Positions 47,926 through 59,130 of a DNA stretch of 64,000 bases are shown piece after piece (the first letter of the stretch is position 1; each line of letters opens with the position of its first letter). The notes beneath the pieces are model-generated. The model was not told the DNA's origin, did not search any database, and saw only the letters and a list, made by a program, of their open reading frames with translations. Both the position numbers and the translations under genes were made by a program. Source of the stretch: Anthoceros angustus (lineage: Eukaryota; Plantae; Anthocerotophyta); assembly GCA_010909165.1 (NCBI GenBank), contig MU008210.1:248001-312000 (forward strand), read 5' to 3'.

Positions 47926-48754
47926 AATGCCTTGAAAGAACTTGGTGAGGCACATCCGCGAAGCTATCGTGGAGTGCAGTGGGTTCCCCCCTCCCCCCTC
48001 GTGACGGCCCCTGGAGTCAACTATACCTTGACGAGTATGGAACTCAGCGCCGCGCATTTTGGCACAAGAACGAAGGCAGTATCGAAATCAACTTCAACAA
48101 TGCAAGGAAGAGTGCAGCTACCCAGCCAGCCGAGAATTCATGAAAAATTTCATATCGAAATTTGAAGAATCCACAATTAGACCAAATTGCAGTTTACGCT
48201 ATCAATTCAAACGATGAAGGGAATTTTCAGCTACATCAATTCCTTCTTTGATCAATATTACATCTGCCCGAGTTGAAGTCATAATTTCTCAGTTGTACAC
48301 ACGCTAAGATCTCTTCTTGTCTGCGTTACAAGACATGGAGAAAAGGCTGCAGCACGGTATTACAGTCGATTCGACATTGATCGGGAATTCAACGCATTCT
48401 GAGTTCTGCGCTCCATGGATCTTACCTCTTCAACCACACAGAGCTTGGGGCACCACGGGCATGCTCGTCCTTACAACGCTGTTCCATGATTCTTCTCTGT
48501 GGATGGAGGGCTTTATGCTCCATTGCACTTGTTGCAATCCGTTGCTACTCAAAATTCAAAGGGTGCCTTGTGGCTACATGCATTCTAGCTTTCGCTGATT
48601 GGTGGCTTATTAGTTTCCTTGCCACATGATAGTTTAACCCTAATTCAAAAACCATAACTAGAGTTCACATTAGGGTTAGTTTTTCACATGCTTACCACGA
48701 CTTCGCTTGCTTTTCTCTTGTGCACTTGCATGGTCTCCCCTTCCTATGACCATC

Positions 48755-49304
48755 ATGGCAGCCTCAACTTCATCTTCCACTATGCCATCACCACACAAAC
48801 CTCCCTACCTGTCCCTCCCGGCTCCACCCCGCATTCACCTCGAGTTAAAGGAGCGTGATCAATTCAATGGAACAAAATTTGACATTTGAGAGTTAGGATG
48901 AAATCTACCACAGTTGCAAGAGGAGTTTGGGAAGTTGTTGGTGGGGCCTTGCACGATCCTGGTACCGAACCCCACCACTGGTCTTTGTAGTGACAATTGC
49001 ACAAAAGGCCGATGGGATCAACTTAAGATTGCCTTCGCCTTGCTCATTGCTAGACTTGATGCTGATCTCGTCCACGAGTGGAGTTTCTTAGCAATGCACA
49101 TGAGATCTGAGTCAACTCATCGAGACATACAAGGTTCAAAATATGATGACCCTGTGTGCTGCTCGACAAGAGTTCTACAATCTCAAGTTGAAAGAAGGAG
49201 AACCTGTCACCACATTTTTCAGCAAATTCCGGCACTTACGTGCCCAGCTGACTTCCCTTGGCAGCACCATGCAAGAGGTCGATGTAGTGGCCCAGTTCCT
49301 CAGT
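48755..49304 (+). pseudogene. Ty1/copia gag fragment, truncated by an LTR insertion
   Basis: FNGTKFDI(W)...RGVWEVVGG, and in a shifted frame EFYNLKLKEGEPVTTFFSKFRHLRAQLTSLG...DVVAQFLS, typical of the copia gag UBN2-like region. Confidence 0.85.
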
Positions 49305-49518
49305 AGTAAAACGATCTGAAGATCTCACACGGCGGTGCAAGGAAAGGGAAGAAGGCAAGCATGCGGTAGGAAGGAAAAACAGAACAACGGTTATCTCACA
49401 CTAGAGCACATATACATAAGAGTGTGTAGCAGTTGCGTAACAAATAACTGAACATAAGTCTATATAATTGTAACCCTAAGTGAACTTAAGGTAGAAAAGT
49501 ATTGGGGTTTTCTTTACT
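49305..49518 (-). mobile_element. Copia 3' LTR, ~214 bp, termini AGTAAA...TTTACT; PPT (AAGAGGG on the minus strand) at ~49519-49526
   Basis: Lies between the interrupted gag and the 3' UTR of the minus-strand copia pol; 6 bp terminal inverted repeat; TATA-like TATATAG on the minus strand. Confidence 0.7.
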
Positions 49519-49779
49519 CCCTCTTAGACGTAATGTTTAGATATTTAATTAAGGAAACACGAGGAACATCAAGGCATCACGCCAAGATGGTAACACGGGC
49601 TTCTCACTCAAGCATCATTGCACATGAACCTTTACGTTCAGCTCCCTCTTACACTCCACTCCCGCCAGCTCCTTTCTATATCACCGCTGGCGCAAATGGA
49701 CAATCTCTATCTCTACACCAGTCTCCTTACTTGCGCCCAGTTTGTCATCTTCATCTGCTGTAGAGTCTAGATAGGCCTG

Positions 49780-50340
49780 TTGCGCTCCTGCTCTCATTGT
49801 TGTGTGCTCATGACTCCACCTGCGCGTGGCATGGAGTGTCTACACTGTGGAAGGCAGTGGGTGCCACCCTCTGCATTCTCTCCAAGGCAGTGGATTCTCC
49901 ACATGGTAACTTGCGAGCATCCCGCAACGGACATTGATGCTAGCAAAACAGAAGAAGAACAACTGCAGATGGATAAGGCTGCCAGGAGGTTGCAAACCAT
50001 GATACCTCTACGCTCTACCAGGGCAGAGGTGTGGCATATGCCTCCTTATGTGGCCTTTCCTGAGACTCACGCTGACAAGAAGATGAGAATCACAAAGGAA
50101 GAGTACAAGGAGATGATAAAGACGGCATTTCCCAGAGACGAAGGAGAACTTGACTACTACTACCAGTACAAGATTACTAAGGACAGCCACGAAGCTATGG
50201 AGGGAAAGGAAACTGGGATTCTGGTGCGAACTACACTGGTCCAAGCACAACTCGCTCCTTCAAAAGGTGAAGAGTATGACAAAATACCTGACGATGAGGA
50301 CAATAAGCCAGAAGGGCAGACAACGCTTGTATGTAAGTGA
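49780..50340 (+). CDS. Uninterrupted 186-codon ORF antisense to the copia, in its 3' UTR, with CxxC...HxxxC
   Basis: MECLHCGRQW...WILHMVTCEHP followed by a charged helical region. Protein-like composition; no family recognised. Confidence 0.55.
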   Translation: MRSCSHCCVLMTPPARGMECLHCGRQWVPPSAFSPRQWILHMVTCEHPATDIDASKTEEEQLQMDKAARRLQTMIPLRSTRAEVWHMPPYVAFPETHADKKMRITKEEYKEMIKTAFPRDEGELDYYYQYKITKDSHEAMEGKETGILVRTTLVQAQLAPSKGEEYDKIPDDEDNKPEGQTTLVCK

Positions 50341-50430
50341 TGCTTCATCCACTCATCTCCCCATGGCTTCTGTCATTCTTATGCCAATAATCTATTCTAA
50401 AGCTAAATGCTCTCACTATCCTGCAGGAAA

Positions 50431-51360
50431 CTAAGAAGATAGCGAACCTTCTTGATCAGCTGAAGCAAAGAATGCATGACCTAGATTACCTGAAGAGGGA
50501 AGAGTATGCTGGACTAGGGGTTTAGTGAGCTTTCCTTTCATAGTTGTAGCAGGCACCAAAAGCAAGCCTGCTGCTGTCGTGTGCTTCTGATGTAATGGCT
50601 TGGCGAGGGCCTTCGTCAATAAATTAGCAATGTTCTCGCCCGTAGGAATGTAATGAACTGTCACTTCTCCTGTATCTGCTGCTTGTCTTATGAAATGGTG
50701 AGTTATCTCTATGTGCTTGCTCCTGGCATGGAAGATGTGGTTCCTTGGATGCTATGGGTCGTGGTTGTCACACCATAGCCTGGTTGCTCCAGAACTGGGC
50801 TGTTGCAACCCTCTGAGAAATGATCTTATCCAGATGATCTCCCTCGCTGCCTGAGACAACGCTCCATACTCGGCCTCAGTAGAAGAAAGGCAGATGGTAG
50901 TTAGTTTCTTGCTACTCCAGGAAATCACTGTCCCTCCAAGAAGATTGCAATAAGCAGCTATACTACGTCGACTGTCTGGGTCACCAGCCAGGTCGGCGTC
51001 ACAGTAAGAAGTGAGCTGCAAGCCTCCTGCTTGTCGTTGATATCTCAAACCATATCTAGCAGTTCCCTTCAGATACCTAAAGATGCGCTTTACAGCAGAC
51101 CAGTGTGCCTCACCTGGATTCTCCAAAAACTGTGAGTCGTGAAATATCGAGCCTGGTCCATGCAGCAAGGTAGATGAGGCAACCAACTGCCTGCCTGTAA
51201 GGCTTCTTGGACATCAACTCTTTCTCATCATCAGTCATTGGGCACTGTTCTTTAGATAGCTTCTCTCCAGTGGACATGGGTGTAGATACTGGACGACAGT
51301 CCTCCATGTTGAACCTCTTGAGAAGTTGCTCCACGAAGTGTTCTTGGTGTATGTCAATCG
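50431..51360 (-). pseudogene. Ty1/copia RT C-terminus and RNase H
   Basis: PYRQAVGCLIYLAAWTRLDI, HWSAVKRIFRYLKGT, YCDADLAGDPDSRRS, SSTEAEY, LWCDN, ANLLTKAL. Confidence 0.95.
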
Positions 51361-54300
51361 TCGCCACAGATCACGGAAATGCAACTAAATGCCCAACGAG
51401 AAAGTAAGTTGGCCTAGATCTGTCATTTCAAAGCGAGCCAAAAGCACTTTCTTGGTGTGGACTACGGACTTCCCTTAAGGTTAGGAAATGAGTCGGGTTT
51501 TGTTTTTTTTCATAGGTCCGAAGTAGAAATAAGGCGGAAAAGGAGGAATAAGCACGGATGGCGCTCCGGACTGGGCTCCGGAGTATACACCGGACTCCGG
51601 AGTGGGTAACGGACCCCGGTACCACTATGGCGAGCTCCGGACTACGCCCGGTAACGGGATAAGTCCGGACCCCACTCCGGGTCAAAACAGGATAAGTACG
51701 CCAGGGAAAGTAACTTGGAAGTTGAGTCGTGAGGACAGACTAAGCGGCGCCACGTGGACGGCCCTGAGTGGAGGTCGGGCATGCAGCAGGCCAGGACCGT
51801 AGCCTTGCCAGGGGCCGTTATAAGCAGGTATTCACGCCCCGCGGACTGCGCGGCGGCGTAAGGCCAGAGTACGCGGCGGCGTAAGGCCAGAGTAAGCGGA
51901 GGCGTAAGGTCAGAGTAAGCCATGCAGACCTCTGGCAGTTACGGACAGGGAAGAGGCACCTTCCCGGTATTACATTAGCCGACGAGGAGGGTCATTTCTG
52001 CGCAACCTCAAGACAATTCATGATCTCTTGCGCCCGCAACCCGCTCTGGCGCTATCTCTTTGAATGCTCGGGCATCTTCGCGTGGCTCACCGTTGGGGTT
52101 GGAGCGTGACGCGAAGAGGGCGATCGTGCCAACGGTCTCCGCAAGCGGCCTGACGAAGGGAGAAGAAGGCGATGGCACCCAAAAGGCTGGAGGTCTAGGA
52201 GCCATGGAACTGGTAGAGCGCAACATTGTGACCCGCTATCCGGACTTTGGGCCACTGGAGGAAGGCGGGAGGATTAGTCGAGGAGTGGCACTTAGGCGTG
52301 TTCGAGTGTGGGCGTTTGTGGTGTCACTCCGGAGTTCGCCGGAAGATGTTGGCGGCCAACAAGGAGGTTCGTCCAAGAACCTCCGGGAGGATCTAGGCGA
52401 TGGACCTTGAGGTCCCGAGGGCGGCCTACAACCGCCCAAAGGAGGAAGATGGGGCGTGGTCGAGCCCCTCAAGGCGAGGGGAAAGATAGAGCCGCAAGGG
52501 TGGCGTCGAGGCCCGACGCTGGACAATAACCAGGTTGATATCGGACTGCGGAGAGTGAGGGTCAGGTCGGATCATTGTCCATTGAACAAGGTGGATCACC
52601 TTGGTGATAATTCTTAGTGTTCTGCATGCGTTCTGACGGGGAAGAGGCGGTGGGAAGGATTATCTTCGCCGGTTGAGCCGAGGCCCAGGTGAGGCGAGAA
52701 GCCCTCGCCATTCGGACTATCCCCATACACGATCCATGTATGGGGACATTCACGAGCTCTGAAGGATGGGGAGATCGAGCGGGCGCCCGGAAGATGTTGG
52801 CGGCCCTACCGTAAGGAGCGGGCGCCCGAGAGACCAGAGTAGAGACCCAGCATACCGTCATGGACGGTATGTTTTGGGGTCTCGCGAACGAGAAGACCGA
52901 AGTAGAAGCCACCCGAGGTGGTGCTCCTCCAGAGCAGCTTGGAGGCGGCCCAGAGGCAAGGAGGAAGGCAGAAGCTCTCGGTCGCATCGAAGAAGGGAAA
53001 CGCAGGGAGGCCGAGAGGGAAGTCTGGTCCATTCGACAGGACCGGACTAAATTCCTTGTGGGTGGCGGTGAAGCGAGGAGGCCCAAGCACGGGCTGAAGA
53101 CCTCTGCGGGCGGAGGAGGAAGCGGGAGGCGGAAGGAGGCGGGCGCAAGCGAGAAGGCTCGTGACTGGCGGCGGCCCAGAGGCAAGGAGGAAGGCGGAAG
53201 GAGGCGGGCCGCTAAGGCCGTCGTGATCACTATCGGGCGTGATCGGAACCGGTGGAGGGAGACGGCAGGGATAGCTGCGGCTAACCTGAAGAAGGAGCAG
53301 GAGGCGGCGGAGGCGGCCCAGAGGCAAGGAGGAGGAAGCCGCGGCAAGGAGATGGAGGATCTCGGTCGATTGCGTGAGGTGGGCGCGTGGCGAGATGGAA
53401 GACCGCAAGGAGACTGGGCTGCGGCTCAAGTTACCATTGAGAGGAATGGTAATCTGCGGGCGTGATCTCGGATCACGAGCGAGAAATAGCGGCTCCGGCT
53501 ACATTGGCGGACGGAGGAAGTAAGGCGATGGAGCAGGAGGCGGGGCGTCGCGAAATGGAGAAGGACACAGGCGAGGCCCATGAGGCGGAGTTGCCCGACC
53601 GCTGGAGAGGAGATGGCGGAGCTAACGCCGTAATAAACGGGAGCGAGAGCACCGGACGTAGAAAAGAAGTCACCGGGTCCGGGCCATGAAGCGAAGGAGC
53701 GCCGCGCTATGGCCGGTAAGCCAGCTGAGCGAAGCGACGGAGCCGGAGCAGCAAGCAAGGGTTGCAGAGGTGACCGAGGCGCCTTGTGGCCTCACGAGAC
53801 TCGGCCCGGCCCAGCCTAACTGAACTCCGGCAGAGGGATGGTCCAAAGAAGTTTGACACACGCCCGGAGCACCAATGGCGAAGGGAGTACTGCCCGCACA
53901 TGTGGAAGAGGCAATCCAAAGAAATTGACTCGGATTTTGCCTACTACCACGCCGAGCTCCTTAAGGCATTGAAGCCTCACTACAAATAGACGGACCTGGA
54001 AGGCTCAAGGGATGAAGGGCATGGGGACAAGACGGACCCTAGTGGCCCCTGCTTGGAGACGACGGTAGTGGGGAGAAGAGCCTGTGAGGAGTGGACGCCA
54101 ATACAACGAATCCTGTGGTAAGTCCGCGCAACCGCCGGAAGATAGAGGCGCTGAAGGGGGCGGAAGGAGGCCAACCGACCCAAGACAAGGGTCGGTGGGA
54201 AGGGATGAGGACCTAGTGCAGGGGTCCGCAGTAAGGGTCCGAGCTTGGGACCGGACCTGACAAGTTCCCCGAGGTCCGAACAGCAGATGAGACCGACCCA

Positions 54301-54683
54301 GCAGACCGGACTCGGGGAATAAGATGACTCCGGTTCGACTGAGTCGAGACCGACCTCGAGGTCCTGACTCGAGTAAGGAGGAGCCCCTCCGACTTACCGG
54401 GGAGCAGACAATGGTGGCCCTACCAAGGGACCCACCGGGGCCAAGGGGACGACGTTGTGGTAACGGGCGGTCCGCAGAGCTCCAACCCGACAGTGATTCC
54501 TGGAAGGGAAGGGGTCTCACGATCATCCGATTGTGCGCCTGCAACTGCCAAGACGGGAGATTGGACCACCAATCCCGAGGCGGAACCGGGACCTTCCACA
54601 CCGCCGACGAAGGAGATAGGAGGAGGAATAGGATGGTAGGCGGCCGACATGCATGCATCAGCCGCCACCACTTCTAATAGGGG
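51361..54683 (+). mobile_element. Gypsy family B 3' internal region: repeat-rich spacer plus degenerate extra ORF, ending in PPT AATAGGGG
   Basis: Homologous to 62430-63914. Includes 23 bp repeats CGCGGCGGCGTAAGGCCAGAGTA (51849-51917) and coiled-coil-like ORF 52860..53465. Confidence 0.65.
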
Positions 54684-55283
54684 TGTAAAGACGCCGACTG
54701 GGCGAGTATAAGAGGGCCGAGGTCATTGAATAAATCATCTTTCTCTTGGGGTAGCGCGTTTTCTTGCGACCCTTGTGAGTCTTCTTGCTAACGTGAGGCC
54801 CAGTCATGGCGAGCCACGACCCGGAGTCAAGGTCACAGTGGCGGACCCTAACGTGTGGTGGTGTGTGCGGAAGAGCGACGGACCCTTGCTCGTCCGGGAG
54901 CGGTCAGCGTCGGAAGGGCCGGGCAGTGAGCGGAGGACTCGGGAGGCGTGTAGAGCCGGACGGAGGCGGAAGGAGGAGGTCGGGCGCTGCACCGCGTTTT
55001 CTTCTCAAGGGCAGAGTGTAGTGTAGTGAGAGGAGCGGACTAGAGGAACGTGGCGAGCGAGAGCGATCTGACGGACGGGTCCTTAAGCGTTTGGCCACAC
55101 GGGCTGTTGCGGTGGTGAACGTAGTTAGGCAAAGCGATGAATGTGTGCGTTGAGTGAGCAGACGCAAAGTGAGGTGAGAATCGTCTGAAAGCAGTGGCAG
55201 AGCCTATCATTCCCGCGGACTCCTTACTACAACGACACGGGATTGTGCGGCGCGGCGGCCGTCGGTGAGTCGCGCGCGCCACA
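54684..55283 (+). mobile_element. Gypsy family B LTR, 600 bp, TGTAAAG...GCCACA
   Basis: Preceded by a PPT and followed by a PBS. The second copy starts TGTAATAAAGACGCC at 63915. Confidence 0.8.
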
Positions 55284-55286
55284 TTT

Positions 55287-55302
55287 TGGCGCCGTTGCGG
55301 GA
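55287..55302 (+). promoter_or_regulatory. PBS, tRNA-Asp type (TGGCGCCGTTGCGGGA)
   Basis: 3 nt after the LTR CA; near-match to the Athila PBS TGGCGCCGTTGCCGGGGA. Confidence 0.85.
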
Positions 55303-55321
55303 ATGAAATCGTTCCGTAAGC

Positions 55322-56243
55322 GTGGATGCGTGGAGGCGTGAGGTAGTTAAGGGCAATTCTTTGAGAGTCGGACGTTGTGTTGCCGAGGCGCTCCGGCGAG
55401 CACGTGAGGACGCAGCTCGAGCGAGGACACCAATGGGTAGCGGTGGAGTTAGCCGGATCGTGAGGAGGCGACCAGTCGGTGGCGGTAAGAGGGCGGTCCT
55501 CACCCCACTGCGCGATGATGGCAACAACACGACAAGCCTACTCCCTCTTTGGGGAAAGAAGGAAGCAGGATGCGAAACCTTTGTGGAGGATTTCGATCGA
55601 GCGAACTCAGCGGAGAAGGATCGGATGCACGACTCATCCGGTTTCGAGGGGGTCCTTAGGGAGCAGTGACTCTGCTGGTACCGAAGAAATCACCCGCGAC
55701 CTCCCCTACCTTGAGCCGAAGGATGCCTTCTTGGAAAGATTCCAGCGGAATCGACCGGGAAGGCTCGTCTGTCAAGCTTGAGAATCTAAGCGGGGCAAGG
55801 CGGAGAAGCTGGATCGTACATCGAGCGGTTCTATGCCCTTCGAGATCGGCACCCCACCACACCACGATGCGGTGCTGGTTCAGCCTACCTAAGCCAATGG
55901 CTAAGCATGTCTCATTGCTTGCGAGAAGGATGTGAGTAAGGCGGTGCGGCGGAGAACTCTGAGTCGATGCACCAACAAAGAGGCGAGAACAACTCGGGAG
56001 GAGAAGAAGAAGAAGAGGCGGGGAATCGAATCCAAGATGAAGAGCCCTCGAGAGGAGGAGGAAGAACCAGGCCACTTGGAGGAAGAGGAGGAGATTTCAG
56101 TGGAATCAAAGCCTCCACGGAGGCGGAGGAACCGCATCATAAAACCAAGAAGAAGGCGTGGTGAAAGCGGAGGCGAGAAGAAGGAGGTTGCGATACTAGC
56201 TCGGTCAGGCACCTCAGGACCAGCCCTTGAAAGAGTGGTTTGA
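55322..56243 (+). pseudogene. Gypsy gag (retrotransposon gag domain), frameshifted
   Basis: ETFVEDFDRA...FEGVLREQ...WY...YLEPKDAFLERFQ follows the PBS. Confidence 0.75.
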
Positions 56244-56399
56244 GGAAGACGAGAGAGTCATAAAGAAGGTGGAGGAGTTAACGATCAATACGCTTCATAG
56301 GCTGCAAACTTAGGAAACTGCAACCCTTCAGTGCAATTGCCGCAGTTTAGTTATTCTTNATAAAGATTGTCCAGGTGGCTCGGATACCTTCTCCACGCC

Positions 56400-56545
56400 A
56401 TGCTATGTGATGAAGGTGAGTGACAAAAATGAGAGGTCTTGGAATCATCTACTGTAAGAAGTTTAGACATTACTATCGGGTTGCAAGGTGACATTTCATG
56501 TGGATCATTTCAAGGCTGAAGTACCTTGTGAATACAAGCTAGATT
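56400..56545 (+). pseudogene. Gypsy RNase H fragment
   Basis: GGAATCATCTACTGTAAGAAGTTTAGACA...GTGGATCATTT parallels nt 265-350 (GIIY..KKF.HY...VDHF.LKYLVN). Confidence 0.75.
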
Positions 56546-56549
56546 TATC

Positions 56550-57438
56550 AGATGATAGCTGGTGTGTACTTACTGCAAGAGTTCGATTTCGATGTGGGAA
56601 CCAGGCCAGGGAAGCAACATTCGAGCCTTGAGATTTCATTTCTCGCCTAAAGGCGGAGAACGCCTTCTGAGGCCACCACGACCTAGGTTCCCTGACAAAG
56701 AATTGGTTGCCACAACGAATGTTGAGGAGATGGGTGAGCAGCCAAGCTTGGCCATGACGAAGCCCAAGGAGAGGTGGTGGAGCGCTGTTAGGGCACTGCA
56801 GGGAGCCAAAGTCGCGTCCCGGGGTGAGCGCAATGGGAGGTTGCTGTGGAGGCCATAAGAATACATTAAATGCTGCCTCGCAAGCGGGATGTACTATACA
56901 TGATTGGGACAAGGCGCCTATCCTCCTAACAAGCAAGGTTGAAAGGGAGCAAGTTGGGCAATTTTTCGATCAAGACCTTGCGAAATATTAGCCATTAGAT
57001 TTCATACCCCAACTTCTCCTTTGCCAAATCTCACCCTCTTGCCTTCCCACAAAATCGAGCTAGAAGAGCTCGACAATCCACGCCAAAAAGTCCTCCTGCG
57101 TGGAACGGAAGATGTACCTTTGAAATTAACCGGCCTCGGATTCTTGACCCTCACCCTGATCAAGAACTCCTTGGCAACAACCTCCTTTCTCGCTGTGAGT
57201 ACAACCTCCTCCCCGCCTTGGGACAACCGCCTTTCTTGCTCAATGGAACCCATGTAGCTTCCTCCGCAAGAGCCTCTCCGCTTCTTCCTCTACACGTCAT
57301 GCAACTCTCACACCACTTGCAAAAATCAGCGGGGGCGATTTCCTCTTTATGTCTGCTATAGAACTTCTTCCTCTCATCCCCCGATTGAAGATTCTCAACA
57401 ATGTTCATGCCTCCTCCACTACCAACTTGCCAAAGCAA
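56550..57438 (-). pseudogene. Gypsy family A gag-to-protease fragment (degenerate)
   Basis: Directly downstream of the minus-strand PBS. STFVV...NLGRGGLR resembles the protease tail LLGRPWL. The assignment rests mainly on position. Confidence 0.5.
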
Positions 57439-57442
57439 AGAG

Positions 57443-57459
57443 TCCCCGCAACGGCGCTA
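57443..57459 (-). promoter_or_regulatory. PBS, tRNA-Asp type (TAGCGCCGTTGCGGGGA on the minus strand)
   Basis: 3 nt from the LTR terminus (TGTGG at 57463 on the + strand). Confidence 0.85.
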
Positions 57460-57462
57460 AAA

Positions 57463-59130
57463 TGTGGTGATCCAGGTCAGATTCACCCCAGTGGCCACAC
57501 TTATCCTAATCGCTACAATAGGGTTTCGTCCCATGAGACTCTTGTTTGTCAGTCACAAAATCCAAGGCACAAACCACACACCTCTTCACACCCCCAAGCT
57601 CCCTCACATGAGCAACTCAACTCACTTGACATAAGAACGCCTCACTCAGGTCGCCAATCACCGCTGACCTACAACACCCTACGATTATAGGTCCACACCC
57701 CACGCAAGAGGTCATCACATGCAATTTCACGCTGTAAACGCGACTTCACCACCCGTGATCGTCCACTATTCCTTTCCCATTGCCTTCCCACAATTGGCAC
57801 ATCCTCAACCACCAACTACAGCTCAAGGCTACTGTGCTCCGCAATCGCCGCCTCGGGACCTACAACCAACAACAATTGTAGGGCCTACCTTCCTACCACT
57901 TGTAGGAGAGTTGTAGGAGATCTAGTGCACCGTGGGCCAAGCACACCCTCATTCCTACGTGGGAGGAGACACCCTATCCCAACGCATGCAGGCGCATCCT
58001 ACCGGTAGGGTCGCACTGGCGCAAAGCATACACGCCCTAGTTCAAGGCCTCCAACTTCTGTGCCCCGGCGCCCAACTACAACCGCGCGCCAAAACTCCAC
58101 ACCGGCAGCACGATTACACCTCCACCGCCTCCCATGGGATTCCGCCTTGACCTACAACGACATCCATACCAGGTCCCACCCTACTGGAGGTCCATCGCCC
58201 ACGCATAAGGATCCCCTACACAGCGACTTCTCCACCCCTGTGATTTTGAGACCTTAGCTGCCTTCTAGTCTCTGGTGCATTTGGGACCCTAGGCTCCGAC
58301 TTGGGCCTTCTTCTCCTAATCTCACCTACCACTACTCAACATCTACCCACATTCCTCTCAACACTCACCTCAACTCAACTCCTCATCCTCCTAATCTAAC
58401 CTTACTTCAAGCTCATCGCCCTAGCTCTTAGGCACAACGCCTGGGTCTCAAGCCAACAAGTTCTTCCTGTGGCTATGAGTTTGCACCAGACGGAGAACCT
58501 CCTGTGAGTCTTTCCCGTAGTCTACCCTCAAGCCGAGAGTTCCCTGCATCGCCACACACCCAAAGCAAAGCAATTTCACAGAACCATTCATTCAAGGGAG
58601 AGCAACTGCAGAGGCGCCTGCAAGGAGCGAGCCTCCCAAGCACACCACCAAACTCCTCTACCAGACATCGCTAGCTTGCATGTACAGCACAAATTCCTTC
58701 ACAAGGAGCAAAGGACTCGCGATGAGTTTGGGAGCGCAAGACATTGTATTTTCCTCAACCTCGCCCCTTATATATAGGGCTCATACATAAGCCCCCACAC
58801 ACTCTTAGTTTCCTCAACCACTATAAACTAATAGCCCAAAGCCAGACAAAACCATCACTCCCACTCGCCACCATCATGACAATCAGAAAACTCTAATCTC
58901 CTATTTTAACAATAAGGTCACTGACACAAGGCCAAAATCCTAAGAGTTCTCACTCCAAATCCTAACCAATCTACCATAACCTCCACTTGCTCAGATTGAC
59001 CCACAACGGCGCCCCAAGATAATTCCAGCTAGTCCCGAGCCACACACCCCACATCAAAATCTAAAGCTGGAGAAGAGACCCATGCCTTCCGTGGTTTGCA
59101 CTCCATCACTCCACATCGCAGCCTCCGCAC
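57463..59130 (-). mobile_element. Gypsy family A LTR (inverted), ~1.7 kb
   Basis: Reverse-complement colinear with 46050-47925; TATA visible as TTATATATAGGG at ~58770. Confidence 0.8.

Noticed and set aside
47926-48700. Possible gene or LINE fragment (ORFs 47890..48165, 48317..48598)
   Set aside because: No recognisable motifs or splice pattern; left unassigned.
49307-49516. TA...TA termini for this LTR
   Set aside because: The inverted match extends two more bases (AGTAAA/TTTACT), agreeing with the AG...CT ends of the other copia LTRs. It remains possible without a TSD.
52562-53429. Long minus-strand ORFs (261 and 207 aa)
   Set aside because: L/P/S/A-rich shadow frames of purine-rich + strand coiled-coil coding; the same applies to many listed ORFs such as 25984..26679, 59242..59790 and 60975..61460.
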